This document shows, piece after piece, positions 28,552 through 53,291 of a DNA stretch of 64,000 nt (positions within the stretch are counted from its first letter, which is position 1; the number at the start of each line of letters is the position of its first letter). This DNA is from the human T2T-CHM13v2.0 reference genome, Homo sapiens. Location: NCBI RefSeq assembly GCF_009914755.1, contig NC_060943.1; one strand, 5' to 3'. The translations under genes and the position numbers were made by a program. The notes under the pieces are model-generated. The model was given only the letters and a program-made list of their open reading frames with translations. It ran no database searches and was not told where the DNA came from.

Positions 28552-29105
28552 AAAAATAAAATCGTACATATGGATCTAGCAGACTCATATACCTCTGGTT
28601 ATATTTCCAAAGGAATTGAAATCAGGATGTCGAAGGGTTATCTACACTCTCAAGTTCATTGCAGCACTGGTCACAATAGCCAAGATATGGAGTCAACCTA
28701 AGTGTCCATCAAGGGACATAATGGATAAAGCAAATGTTGCATATACACACGATGGAATACTATACAGCCTTGAAAAGGGAGGAAATTCTGCCATTCAAGA
28801 CAACATGGATGGAACTGGAGGACATTATTCTAAGTGAAATAAACCAGACACAGAAAGACAAACACCACATGATCCCACTTTTATATGGAATCTTAAAAAG
28901 TCGAGCTCATAGAAACAGTATAAAGGTGGCTACTAGAGTCCAGGGAAGTGGGAGAGGGTTGGGAAAAGAGAAGATGTTGATCAAAGGGTGCAAAGTTTCA
29001 GCGAGACTGGAGAAATATATTTCAGTGATCTATTGCACAGCATGGTAACCACAGTTAATACTAATGTATTGTGTATTTCAAAGTTGCTAAAATAGAGTTT
29101 AAATT
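28552..29105 (+). mobile_element. L1 (L1MA/PB-like) 3' end: ORF2 C-terminal remnant plus 3' UTR
   Basis: Track ORFs give FIAALVTIAKIWSQPKCPS and TWMELEDIILSEINQTQKDKH, typical L1 ORF2 C-terminal motifs, frameshifted. Confidence 0.88.
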
Positions 29106-29160
29106 TTTTAAATTTGTAAATATTATTTTTTATTTTTTGTCACTACGTGTTCTCATCTGA

Positions 29161-29304
<144 letters not shown>

Positions 29305-29909
29305 TGAGACCACGCCCAGCTAAATTTTTTTTGTATTTTTAGTAGAGATGGGATTTCACCGTGTCAGCCAGGATGGTGTCGATCTCCTGACCTCGTGATC
29401 CACCCGCCTCCGTCTCCCAAAGTGCTGGGATTACAGGCGTGAGCCACTGTGCCCGGCCTCTCATCTGATTTTTTTTATTTTTATTATTGTGCTTTTTGTA
29501 GAGATGGCATCTCACTACATTGCCCAGATTAGTCTCCAACTCCTGGGCTCAAGCCATCCTCCTGCTTCGGCCTCCCAAACTGCTGGATTTATAGGCGTGA
29601 GTCACCGCACCTGGCCCTGACATCTTGATGTCAATTTATTTGCAATATACACCCAGAAGTGGGATTGCTGGATCCATATGTGTAATTTTATTTTTTATGT
29701 GTTTGTTTGTTTGTTTATTTATTTATTTTAAGACAGTCTCACTCTGTCGCCCAGGCTGGAGTGCAGTGGCACAATCTCGGCTCACTGCAACCTTTGCCTC
29801 CCATGCTCCTGTGATCCTCCTACCTCAGCCTTCTGAGTAGCTGGGACTACAGGTGTGCACTATCACGCCCGGCTAATTATTTTTATTTATTATTATTATT
29901 ATTTTTTAA

Positions 29910-30068
<159 letters not shown>

Positions 30069-30206
30069 TAGTAGAGACGGGGTTTCTCCGTGTTGGTCAG
30101 GCTGGTCTCGAAATCCCGACCTCAAGTGATCCGCCCCACTCGGCCTCCCGAAGTGCTGGGATTACAGGTGTGAACCACCGCGCCCGGCCCGAAGTTATTC
30201 CTCTTA

Positions 30207-30520
<314 letters not shown>

Positions 30521-30829
30521 TCAAGTTGAAATGATGGTACATTGCGGTTCATGCTGCAATGCCTCAACCCAGTTCCTCTCCGGACCTCAGTTTCCTCATT
30601 TATAAAATGGGTGTGGACGACGAGGTCAGATTTAAAAAAATAATAATAGTAGTTAATAATAATAGGCCGGGTGCAGTGGCTCAGGCCTTTAATCCCAGCA
30701 CTTTGGGAGGCCGAGGTAGCAGGATCGCTTGAGCCCAGGAGTTCTAGACAATCCTGGGGCAATATAGCGAGATTCTATCTCAAAGAAATAATCATAATCA
30801 TAATAAAAATAAATGAATAGATAAGCTGA

Positions 30830-31400
30830 GACGGACTCAGGCCCAGCTCCTGCCTGCGATCCCTGCGGGGGCCACCAGGGGGCGCGGCGCCCCTGCCCAA
30901 AACTCCGCCGTCGGCTCTGAACCCCGGCGGACGCGTCCCGACGCCCCTGGAAGATTCTGCGCCCTGCCGGCTCGCCGGCGCCCGGGAGCCCGGGAGGCGG
31001 GTGTGCACGCGGGGTGTCCAGGGCGCCCCCGATCGAGGCCCCCTCGCCGTGCCTCGGGGTAGGGGGACGGCTGTGACTCAGGCGCGCGCTCCTCCCCGGG
31101 GCCCTCAGTGGTCGCGAGGGGGCGCGCACGGCCTCGGGAACCCGCGCGGCGCCGCGTCCATTTTTACCCCAGCTCCGCTAAAAATAGTTGCCGCGCTCCG
31201 AGCCGAGCCCGAAATAGCGGCCCCCAGATAAGGCAGGACGACTCAGCGCTTCCGGGGAGCGGAAGGGGGAGCGCGCGGGGGGAGCGGTGCTGGGCGCAGC
31301 CCGGCCGAGCAGGCGCCGCTGTCCCCAGCGCACCCCCACTCTGCCCTGGCGGTCACACTCGCCCCCGACTGCGACCCCGCCCCGCCGCTAGCCTGGCTGC
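30830..31400. promoter_or_regulatory. Orphan CpG island / candidate enhancer B: CTCF CCACCAGGGGGCGC 30872-30885, AP-1 31074-31080, MEF2 CTAAAAATAG 31178-31187, GATA 31226-31231
   Basis: Very CpG-rich unique DNA with perfect consensus motifs. Confidence 0.75.
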
Positions 31401-31974
31401 CTTCCTACGTCCCCCACATTGTATCCTCATCCCCTGTCCCCCATCCTCAGCTTCACCTCCATTCCTCATCATAACTCCCCCCTCCCCTACACCCCCAGCG
31501 ATGTCCCCCACTGGTACTCATCCGCATCCCCCAGCCTGTCCTACTCCTGTCCCTATTTCCCCTCTCCACCCTCATCGCCAATCTCCTGTCGTCCTGAATC
31601 TGCCCCTTACCATCTCTGTCCTCAAGGCCAACCTTTATGGGGGCAGAGCAGGGCGAGAGGATCACAGGGAGTCAGGAGACCTGCGGGCTGAGGGCTGAGG
31701 GCTGGGGGTGAGGATCTGATTTCTTGGTTTGTTTCTACTGTGGGCAGGGGTAGGCTTAGATCTGGGGGTTGGAGCATGGGACACTTCAGTCTGGCCTAGT
31801 CTTCAGAGCTGAGGCGAGGCATGGCCAGCATCACGGCTCATTCTGTGACCAGGGTCGGGGCTCAGGCTGGGGAAGGATGACCGTCTTTGTCACCAAATTT
31901 GATCACTGTGTCACCAGAGTTAGGGCTCAGCCTTGAGCCGTTTCTTTATTTACCCACCTCCACTAATATTTTTT

Positions 31975-33590
<1,616 letters not shown>

Positions 33591-34149
33591 AAGTTTTGGT
33601 AACTACAAAAGGGTATACCTTGGAAAAGTAAATTTCCCTCCCACTCTGATCCCCACTTCTCAATATTAACTATTTTTTATGTATCTTGGCCAGTAGGATT
33701 CACTGAGCTCTCACGATGTCCCTGGCCTATGCAAAGCCCATCACAGAAATGAAGTGGCTGGAATCATTCAGCACTCAGTGAGTAGGCCAGACCCCATTGC
33801 TATGCCCATTTTAGAGATGGGAAAACTGAGGCTTGGAGAGGTGCAAGGATGTGTCCTTTTGAGGGCCCGGTTCTGAAGGCTTTTCAAAGTTGAGGCAAGG
33901 AAGTGGATGAGATCAAAGAGGCAAGGTTCAGGCCAGGATACAAATCCCAGGGAGGGTGACAGGGGTGGGGAGTCAAGGAAGGCTGCCTGGAAGAAGACTA
34001 AGGGTAGCCAGGAAGGCATCTTCCAGAACCTTCTGATGGAGGGCTTGGATGGAAGTAGATAACTCTGTTTGGCAGGCTGAGGAACCACCAGCAGCAGGGC
34101 GTGGCCCCTCCTCAGACCCACAGCACCCCAGAGGTATGTATAGAAGAAG

Positions 34150-36050
34150 CAGGCTGCTTAATGACATCTCAGGGACACATCTCGGTGATAGCACAGCCGG
34201 CTTAGTTATGACGTCTGAGTGATTTGCCAACTGCCTTAAGACCAGCATCCCTAGTCATGCCCCGCGGGGGGGATGAAGATAAGAGGAAGTGACAGGCCAT
34301 CGGGGGAGGAAGGGGAGATGCAGTCACACACAGACCAGGGACTCAGGAGCTGAGGGATGTGTGGTGCCCTCTGCACTAGGGAGGGGTCTCCCAGCTGCCT
34401 GGATGTGAGGGTCCATCTTATTGATTTGTCTAGTGAAGGAGGCCAGGCTCCAAGGAGGTATGGCTGTAGTCAGTCACACTCAGTTTGGGATGGGGTCCGC
34501 CCAGGGGCTGCAAGGATCAGTCACTGCTGTGTCCCCATCACCTAAGGCAGTAACTGGGACACAGCCGGCGCTCCATACATCTTACTGAATGAATGAATCG
34601 AATGAAAAGGGTCAGCACCGTCTGGGACTCAGTTTACCCTCGCGGTCATTGGGCTGCTTCAACCAAGGGGATCGCTAAGAACACCCCTCCCCACCTTGGG
34701 TCCCAGATCCCAGATCGCCAGTGAGTAAGAAAACGGGTTCGCGCCGTTGGTGGACTCCGCCCACTTGTGACGTCACGAGCCGCTCCCCCAGGATCCCGAC
34801 CCAGGCGTCTCCCTTGGGATGGGGGCGGAGAGGAACCCGGGAGTCCAGACTCAGGCCCCGCCCCCGGGAGCAGGCGGGCCGGGCAGGGTTACACAACCCG
34901 TCGTCGCGTCCCGAGGGAAGTCGCCGGATGTCCTGGCCGGGCCGGGGACAATGGGCAAGGAGGGCCCCTCCCGCAGGAACCTGGAAGTGGCAGGGGCTCC
35001 CCCTCTTCTGATTCACCCTTGTTTCCGGCCCGGTTTAGCCTCCTTCTCCCTGGGGATCCTATCTCCTCCCAACTCTACCCTCCTGTGGCCCTGCAGTTCG
35101 GTTCTTTCTCCGAACCGGCAAACCTCTCTCCTCTACACCCCGTACCCCGTCCTTTCACACCTTCCCAACGCCCCCCGAAACTCTCTGCCCTCACACTCAT
35201 CGCTTGTAATTCCCGAATCCCCTAAACTTCCAGTGTCCCCGGTCCTTCCTTCACTCATCCATACCGGGCCCCTCTTCCCACCCCCTCAACTACCCCCACT
35301 ATCCTGCCCAGGCCCTCCCAATCCCCTCCCCGGGCTCCCCCAAGCTTTCCTCAATATCTCCCAGCCCTCCCTAGCCCCCGACTCACCCGCTTCCCTCCAA
35401 CTGACCCCAATACACTCTCTTGTCCTCCTAATCCCAGCCTCCCGCAGTTCCCTCCTGTCTCCTCGAACTGCCCCATGTCCCTACCTCATCTCCCCAAATC
35501 CTGTTCCCCATTTCCCCCCCTCCCCCAGCCAGCCGCTTCGCCCCCCACCCCGGAGCCCCTCCCCGCCCCTAGGCCCAAGGCCGGCCCGCGCCCCTCCCGG
35601 GCGCGCTCCCACGCCCGGCGCGGGTTCCCAGGCCGCCCCCCCGCGGTGGCCCAGAGACCCAGTTTGCTGCGGCAAAACACTGGTCTCCAGGCAACAGGCC
35701 CCGCCCCGCCCCAGGGCCGCCAGATGAGGCTGGGCGGTCAGGAGGCCACCGGGCCGGGACGGAGCACCCAGGCCTGCGCGCCAAACCCTCGGCCTTGGCC
35801 CCCAGAGGCCTCAGGGCGCAGAAACCCGGAGACTGAGGCGCAGCAAAGAGGAGATACAGAGATCAGGGCCCCGGAGCAAGAAATTCGGAGACATGCGTGG
35901 AGGCCGAAGCAACAGGGAACTGTCGGGGCGCAGAGATATAAGGAAAGACCACGCGACAGATCGAACAAGGACGGGGCCCAGAAATAAGCACAGAAATAAT
36001 GCAGTTACACACGGGCAACACCGAGGCCGGCAGGGACGCCCCTGATGGCA
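34150..36050. promoter_or_regulatory. Candidate regulatory region C: CRE-like 34209-34216, GATA+ETS 34277-34290, palindromic CRE GTGACGTCAC 34767-34776, CpG islands at 34730-34990 and 35530-36040, X-box-like GTCTCCAGGCAAC 35683-35695
   Basis: Alu-free, CpG-rich, motifs read directly. Confidence 0.62.
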
Positions 36051-36234
36051 GAATAATCCATCTTTAGTCCTCAGGACCTTTGCACTCAGTTCGAGGGACT
36101 TCCCCTCTCTGACTCTGTTTCTGTATTTGTAAAATGGGGACATTAATACGCAGCGCTTAGCAAATCAGGCTGTTCTGACGATTCAGTGAATTCGCAGACC
36201 CAGAGCTTGTAGCACAATTCCTGGCATGTACACT

Positions 36235-37630
<1,396 letters not shown>

Positions 37631-37965
37631 AAGCACATTCATAGCAAGCCATCAGTAGATGGCAGCACTTTCCATTATGTTAGGTGGTACTCACCACATC
37701 CCCATAAAAGTTAACATCCCTATTTTACAGATGTGCAAACTGAGGCCCAAAGAGGTCGCTTAACTTGCCTAAGGTCTCACGGCTCAGTCTAGCTCCAAAG
37801 ATGGTACCCCTCTATTGGGACGGCTATTCCCAAGCCCACACACCCGAACATAACACTCTCAGTGCCTAGATTTACATCTAAACCTGTACTCATCCATGTG
37901 GGCCCCAGGACTCCCGGAGCCATGTCCTCATCAGTCACATGGAGCCGGTGTAGAAAGTAGGAGCT

Positions 37966-42620
<4,655 letters not shown>

Positions 42621-44180
42621 CCAGGGGAGACAGACAGACAAGGGGAGACAATCTGTTCACACTCAAGCCACAGCCCCAAAGCCCTCCCGTTCCTTTCCCC
42701 GCTCCCTTGGGGTTCTCTTGCCTGTCTTTCTCGAGCCTCTTTCAAGAGACAGGCAGCCCGTGGTCCTTCCATCCTGTGTCCGGGAAGCTGTCCACAGCTG
42801 GGAGGTTCTAACAACTCATCCCCAACACACACTCCCAACACCCCCCCATCCAGTAGCTTCATGTGACCAGGGCTGGGGCGAATCTCCGAGCAGAGAGAAG
42901 AAATTGAGTGTGTGACAGTGTGAATGGATGTGACTATAGGTGAGCAACAGTCGGTGACAATGTGCACATCTGGTATTTCCTGTGTGAGAGCAAAACTGCA
43001 GGACTCAGTGAGTGGTTTCTGTGGTTTGCACTTGTGTATCTGGGTGTATGGGAGTGTGTAGCCCTGCTGACTGTGTAGATATGAATGTGTGTGCAGTTGT
43101 GAGTCTTGCATGTGGTCATCTATGTGAAACAATGCCTGTATAAGTACCCATGGATGTGCACGGTTTTGCCTCTAGCCGTGCATTTCTGGTTCTGTGTGTG
43201 TGTGTTTCTGGTTTTTTCGTTTGTTTTTTAGAGATGGGGTCTGGCTGTGTTGCCCAGGCTAGTCTTAAACTCCTGGGCTCAAGCGATCCCCGCCGTCTCA
43301 GCCTCCCGACTAGTGGGGACTACAGGCAAGCGCCACTACACTCGGCTAATTTTCTGGTTTTTTTTGTAGAGACAGGATCTTGCTGTGTTGCTCAGGCTGG
43401 TCTCCAATTCCTGGCCCCAAGTGATCCTCCCACCTCGGCCTTCCACCACAGTGCTAGGATTATAGGCATGAGCCACCGTGCCTAGCCATGTGTGTTTCTG
43501 GATTTCTGTGTGTAACCATGCAGGTACCTGCGTTTGTGTACAGATTATTTTTCAGAGCTCCCTCCACAGCATTCATTGCAATGTCTAATTATATATTTGT
43601 TCCTTTGTTTACTGTCCATCTCCCCCACTGGACTGTGCACCCTGTGAGGGCAGGACCCAAGGCTGTTGTGGTCACTGCCAGGTCCCCAGCACCACCCTGC
43701 ACAGAGAAGGTGCTCAGTAATTCCTTGTTGGGTAAATGAATCGATGACTCTTATGTCCATGTCGAGCACACACATCCATGTAACCCTGCAAGTGATTTTG
43801 TGGTACTGGGTCTTCTGTGTGTGTCTAGAAGCTGCGTGGGCCATAGCACAGGAGGGTCTCTGTAGCCATGTAGCTCTAATTTTTGGCACCCCCCACAGTG
43901 CAGGGCACATATCAGAGCCTCATGGCACATATCAGGGCCACGTGGAGTAGGAGGCCAGGTGCACTGGCTCACACCTGCAATCCCAGCATTTTGGGAGGCT
44001 AAGGCAGGAGGATCACTTGAGACCTGGAGTTCAAGACCAGCCTGGGCAACAAGGTGAGACCCTGTCTCTACACATAATACAAAAATTAGGCCAGGCGCAG
44101 TGGCTCATGCCTGTAATCCCAGCAATTTGGGAGGCCAAGGAGGGTGGATCACCTGAGGTCAGGAGTTCGAGACCAGCCTA

Positions 44181-44371
<191 letters not shown>

Positions 44372-45680
44372 TCAAACAACAACAACAACAATAAAAACAA
44401 AACGAAAATTAGCCGGGCATGGTGGTGCACACCTGGAATCCCAGCTACTTGGCAGGCTGTGGTGGGAGGATCATCAGAGACCAGGAGATCAAGGCTGCAG
44501 TGAGCTGTGATTACACCACTGTACTCCAGCCTGTACAACAGAGTGAGACTTTGTCTCAAAAGAAAAACAAAAAACAAAAACAAAAATTTAAAAAACCCCT
44601 AAAAACTATGGATTTGAACTCTGTTGTCTTTTTTTTTTTTTTTTTTTTGAGACAGAGTCTCACTCTGTCACCCAGGCTGGAGTGCAGACGTGTGATTCCG
44701 TCTCACTGCAACCTCTGCCTCCCGAATTCTCCTGCCTCAGCCTCCCAAGTAGCTGGGATTACAAGTGCCTGCACCACGCCCAGCTAATTTTTGTGTATTT
44801 TTAGCAGAGACGAGGTTTCACCATGTTGGCCAGGCTGATCTCAAACTCCTGACCTCAAGTGATCCACCTGCCTCAGCCTCTCAAAGTGCTGGGATTACAG
44901 GCGTGAGCCACCGCGTCCGGCCGAACTGTGTGGCCTTCCTCCTGCTAGCATTAGGACCTCTATGCACTCGGTTTCCTCATCTGTCAAATAGGGAGAATAA
45001 TAGACCCAGTTTATGGGACTGTTGTGGGAGAGTAAATGAGTTCATATGGAAAGCATTTAGAAAATGCCTGGCAGAAAACAAACATTTACAAAATACCTGT
45101 TTTGATTGTTGTCAGTATTATTACTTCCTCTGTGTGTGTCCTTGGATGTGCGTGTGCGTGTCTAGAATCTGGGTTGCAGATGCAGGCTTTAGCTCTGTAG
45201 TCCTGTGTTACTGGGTACCCAAATGCCCTGAGTCTCACTTTCCTTCCTATACCATGGGCATGTTCCAGACCTTCTCCAGGGCCAGTTGGGACTCAATGAA
45301 GCTGCATCTGGAACACCCCAATGGCTACAAGGCCCAGCCGTGGTCTGGTTTCAGGAAAGGTAAATGAAGGGTGAAGTTGGGACGGGATGGAATTGAGGTT
45401 CAAATCACTCCATGGGACTGGGAAAGTGGGAAGTGAAAGAGGGATGAAAGAGCGCATTTGAAGCAGGCAGACTGAGGGTCAGACTCCAGAAAGGACTTCC
45501 TCCTAGGACTATTTTGGGGCTGGGAACTATAAGAAATGAACTGTTTTGCTGGGCCTGGTGGCCTACACCTGTAATCCCAGCACTTTGGGAGGCCGAGGCA
45601 GGCAGATCGCAAGGTCAAGAGATCAAGATCATCCTGGTCAACCTGGTGAAACCCCATCTCTACTAAAAATACAAAAATTA

Positions 45681-46538
<858 letters not shown>

Positions 46539-46818
46539 TGATGACAACCCACTGCAGCCTTGACCTCCTGGGCTTAAGTGATCCTCTTGCCTCAGCCTCC
46601 TGAGTAGCTGGGGCTACAGGCTTATTTTTTTGTAGAGATGGGGTCTCACTCTGTTGCCCAGGCTGGTCTCAAACTTCTGGGCTCAAGCAATCCTCCTGCC
46701 TTGGCTTCCCAAAGTGCTGGGTTTACAGGAGTGAGCCACCATGTCTGGCCATTTGAGGAAATTTTTATTTTTGTCTGTCTTGTTTCCTGCTCTGTCCCCA
46801 GCACCTAGAGTGTGTGAC

Positions 46819-46822
<4 letters not shown>

Positions 46823-46864
<42 letters not shown>
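46823..46864. repeat. (GT)21 microsatellite
   Basis: Read directly. Confidence 0.95.
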
Positions 46865-46866
<2 letters not shown>

Positions 46867-47129
46867 GTGTGCTGATTAAATATTTGAATGGCTGATTGAA
46901 TGAACGAATGAATGTCATCCTACAACCACTTGTGAGTCCTGGTCTTAGGGGAAGGCTGGGCTGGGGCCCTGGCCTCTGGGATCCCTCTTGTGCCAGTCCC
47001 CCAGCCCTGCTGTTCCCACAGCTCTGTGCTGAAGAGGGCGTGGAGGGGGCCAGGGAAGGGAGTGTCAGGCAGCCAGCCGGCTGCCTGCCCTGGACAGCAG
47101 CCCAGAGTGTCTGCAGGAGGGAGAGGGTA

Positions 47130-47500
47130 GTTCAGGAGCCTGAGTCACCCTGGGAGAAACCCCAGCCACATACCTGGCCGCTGACATCACCCGGCCAGGG
47201 CACCCCCGGCAGCCTAGACAAGCTGACTGAATCACAGGCGGAATTCAGCCACCCCGGGCACGTGGCCTGCTGTGACCCCCCGCAACACCCCCGAGTGGCC
47301 GTCTGGCTGCGGGGGTTGGGCCGGGCACACAGGGGTCAGTGAGGGGGCATGGGGCCTGAGTCAGGGACAGGGTGGCTACAGCCAGAGACCACCCAGCCAC
47401 AGGCGTCCATGTGGGGCAGGAAGGAGAAAGTTTGGGAAGGAGAGCCTGTGGGGAGGCCCTGGCGGGTGAGGAGGAAGCACGTGTGGGTGTGACGGGGAGG
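47130..47500. promoter_or_regulatory. Candidate enhancer E: AP-1 TGAGTCA 47141-47147 and 47357-47363, TGACATCA 47182-47189, TGAATCA 47228-47234, E-box CACGTG 47259-47264 and 47478-47483
   Basis: Motif cluster in unique DNA 12 kb upstream of FOSB. Confidence 0.65.
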
Positions 47501-48243
47501 CTGCGGCTTGTGGGCAGCGGCTGGGCGACCCACAGGGGTGGGATGGGGTCTGAGTGTTTGCGCAGAGAATCACCAAATCGTAAGAGACTTGGTCGTAAGA
47601 GTCAGTCAGGAGGACAATGGAATCACCAATGTGCTTACACACGCAAAGGCACACACGCACACTCAACACCCGGCCTGGGGAGGCCCTGACTCCACCCACC
47701 CCAGGCCAGCGGGGCCTCACTACCCATAAGCCTGCAAGTTCCCTAAGGGACTGAGGCCTAAGGGACAGTTTCCTCATCTGTTGAGTGGGGGTATTAACAA
47801 GCATTATTAGGCCAGGCACAGTGACTCGTGAGGCAGAGGTAGGCGGATCCCTTGGAGGCCAGAAGTTCAAGACCAGCCTGGACATCATAGCAAGACCCCT
47901 TCTCTACAAAGAAAAAATTTAAAAATTAGCTGGATGTGGTGGTGTGCACCTGTAGTCCCAGGTACTCAGGAGGCTGTGGAGGGTGGATTGCTGGAGTGTT
48001 GGAGTTTGAGACTGCAGTGAGCTATTGATTGCACCACTGTACTCCAGCCTAGACAACAGAACAAGATCCTATAGCAAAAAAAAAAAAAAAAAAAAATCAC
48101 TATTATTGTAATAGCTATGCTTACGGGGAACATACTTTCTGCCAGGTGCTGTTCTAGGCATTCTACATTTTTTTTTTTTAAATAATGGAGATGACGTCTC
48201 ACTATGTTTCCCAGGCTGGTCTTGAACTCCTGAGCTCAGGCTA

Positions 48244-48384
<141 letters not shown>

Positions 48385-48427
48385 TTAGCTAAGCATGGTG
48401 GCTCATGCCTGTAGTCCCAGCTACTCA

Positions 48428-48577
<150 letters not shown>

Positions 48578-48645
48578 TCAACTGCATCTGTATTTGTGGC
48601 ACTTGGTACATACACGGTAAGCTTTCTCAAGTGACTCTGTTATGA

Positions 48646-49015
<370 letters not shown>

Positions 49016-49537
49016 TAAGTCCAACTAGGAAGGCCTCCAAAACAGTCACCCTCACTGCCTTGGTCCAGTTCTACTTCTTACCTCCCTGCAGTCCTTCCTG
49101 CTGCCTCTTCTTTGGTTATATATGTCTGTAGTAGGGAGAGAGTGCTTCAGGGACTCCCTCCTCATTCATAACTCTTCAGAACTCAATCATGATTATCTAG
49201 ATCCACCTCCACCAGGAAGTCCTCCTGGCTTACTCCAGCCTCACTAAGCACTCTCACCACCCAATGCCTGGAGTGGTTGTAGTCAGTGAGTGACACATTG
49301 CACAGTGTGTGCCCCCTGGATTGGGGGTGGGTGAGAGACAGCCCCCACAGTGAGTGGCACCCCTGGCCAGGGCCTGGGACAAGTCTGTATCCAAGGGTGG
49401 CTCTCTGCTTAGGTCTGTGTTTGTACCTGGGTGTGTCTGTGTCTGCCCTACTCTGTGCATACTCATATATGTGAACCCGTGTGTGTGTGTGTAGTTGTGA
49501 GTGTGTGTGGAAGAGGCTGCATGGCAGTGGAAGCTAG

Positions 49538-49897
<360 letters not shown>

Positions 49898-50008
49898 TGA
49901 GCCACCGCGCCCGGCCAAGTCAGTGGGTCTTTAGGAGCTGTTTCGTACGGTGTGACTGTGAGTGAACCTTCGCACACGTGTCTGTACGGATATCTAAGAA
50001 ATTCTTCA

Positions 50009-50335
<327 letters not shown>

Positions 50336-52438
50336 TCAAGTCCACAACTCTGAGGGTATCACTGTGAGAGCAGGGGTCCTAGCTCTACCCATTTGTGTGT
50401 GTGTGGAGATGTGTAAGTCTATGTAGACAAAAGTGTGTGTCATTTACTGTGTTTGGGGTGTGAACACCTATGTGATGTGTTTGCACAACTGCACGTGTTT
50501 TGTTCTGTGTGTGTGATCGTGTGTTCAAATAAGTCATCTTGTCGCCGGGCGTGGTCGCTCATGCCTATAATCCCAGCACTTTGGGAGGCCTAGGCAGGAG
50601 GACCATTGAGCCCAGGAGGTCCAGACTGCAGTGAGCCGAGATTGCGCCACTGCACTCCAGCCTGGGCGACAGCAAGACCTTGTCTCAAAACAAAAGCAAA
50701 AACAAAAATAAACAAATAGTCATCAGGTGCCTGCACAGACAAAGGTGAAAGGTGTCTGCCTGTTGAGATCTGTGGATAGGGTGTATATATGGACATCTCA
50801 GCCTGTCTACGTGTGTATCTGTCTCTGTCCTCACGGCAAAAGAGAGGTTGGCCGGGTGTGTGGTGGCTCACGCCTGTAATCCCAGCACTTTGGGAGGCTG
50901 AGGCGGGCGGATCACCTGAGGTGAGGAGTTCAAAACCAGCCTGGCCAACATGGCGAAACTCCATCTCTTCTAAAAATACAAAAAAATTAACCGGGCGTGG
51001 TGGCACACGCTTGTAATCCCAGCTACTCAGGGAGGCTGAGGCATTAGAATTGCTTGAACCCAGGAGGTGGAGGTTGCAGTGAGCCAAGATTGCGCCACTG
51101 GACTCCAGCCTGGGCAACAGAACAAGACTCCGTCTCAAAAAAAAAAAAAAAAAAAAAAAGAGGCTCAGATATGTTTCTGTCTGAGAGTCTGTCAGAGTTT
51201 AGGAATTAGTAAATGAATGAATGGTGAAGATCCATTTACTCAACAAACATTTATTTATTTATTTATTTATTGAGACAGAGTCTCGCTCTGTCACCCAGGA
51301 TGGAGTGCAGTGGCGCAATCTCGGCTCACTGAAGCCTCTGCCTCCTGGGTTTAAGAGAGTCTTGTGCCTCAGCCACCAAGTAGCTGGGATTACAGGTGTG
51401 TGCCACTGCGCCCAGCTAATTTTTGTATATTTAGTAGAGATGGGGTTTCACCATGTTGCCCAGGCTGGTCTCGAACTCCTGGCCTGAAGTGATCTGCTCA
51501 CCTCAGTCTCCCAATATGCTGGGATTACAGGCATGAGCCACCAGTCCTGCCTCATTTATTCTTATATTATATTATATTGTTTTTATTTTAAATTTTTTTG
51601 TAGTGACAGGGTCTTACTATGTTGACTGGGCTGGCCTCAAACTGGCCTCAAGTGATTCTCCTGCCTCAGCCTCCCAAAGTGCTGGGATTACAGGCATGAG
51701 CCACTGTGCCTGGCTTGAACAAATATTTAATAACCACCTATTGGGTACCACGTGCTATGCTGGGGACAAGGCAGTGACCGGGATGGTTTTGGCCGAGCTT
51801 TCACCCAGCTCACAACCCAATGAGGGAGACAAACCTATCCCCAGACAATGATGAGCCCAGATTGGCAGAGTTGGAGGGAGGGACCCCAGGAGAGGGGGCC
51901 TTGACTCAGCCTGGAGATCAGGGAGGGCTTCCTGGAGGAGAGGTTATGGGAGTTAAGACTTGGAGGAAAAGACTATGAGCCACAGGAAGCGAAGGGAAGA
52001 GTGACCCAGGCAGAGGGAAAAGCACCTGCAAAGGCCTGAAGTCCAGGGAGAGAGGCCAGGCATCTGGAACACAACGGGGAGAGGAGAGACGAGACTAGGG
52101 CACCCTCGGAGCAGGTCGTTCAGGGCCTCAGGAGCCATGGGGAGGAGTATAATGCAGGATGCAGGGGTACTGGGAGGGTCAAGCTAACAGTGTCCAATCT
52201 GGGTTACTCTGCTTCCCTGAAACTCCAGGGACATCTCCTCCAGGAAGCCCTAGGGATTGCTCAGTGTGGAGCGGCTCAGCCACCCAGTCACACTCACTAT
52301 TCAATGCTGAGCACTGAGGAGGCAGCCGTTACTAAATCAGCCTGGATTTGCCCTCCCAGAGGTCACAGTCACAACAGTCAAACACACACCTGCACGTGCA
52401 CACTCATGAACGTGCCCCTCCCCTCCTCTGGAGCCTCA

Positions 52439-53291
<853 letters not shown>

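Noticed and set aside
28616-29048. ORFs resembling a real protein
   Set aside because: Frameshifted L1 ORF2 C-terminal remnant
34819-35727. 302-aa Pro/Ser/Leu-rich ORF (similarly 31108-31698, 42356-43132, 60010-60822)
   Set aside because: Stop-codon depletion in C- or GC-rich DNA explains the length. No recognisable domain. Ribo-seq/PhyloCSF would be needed to revive it.
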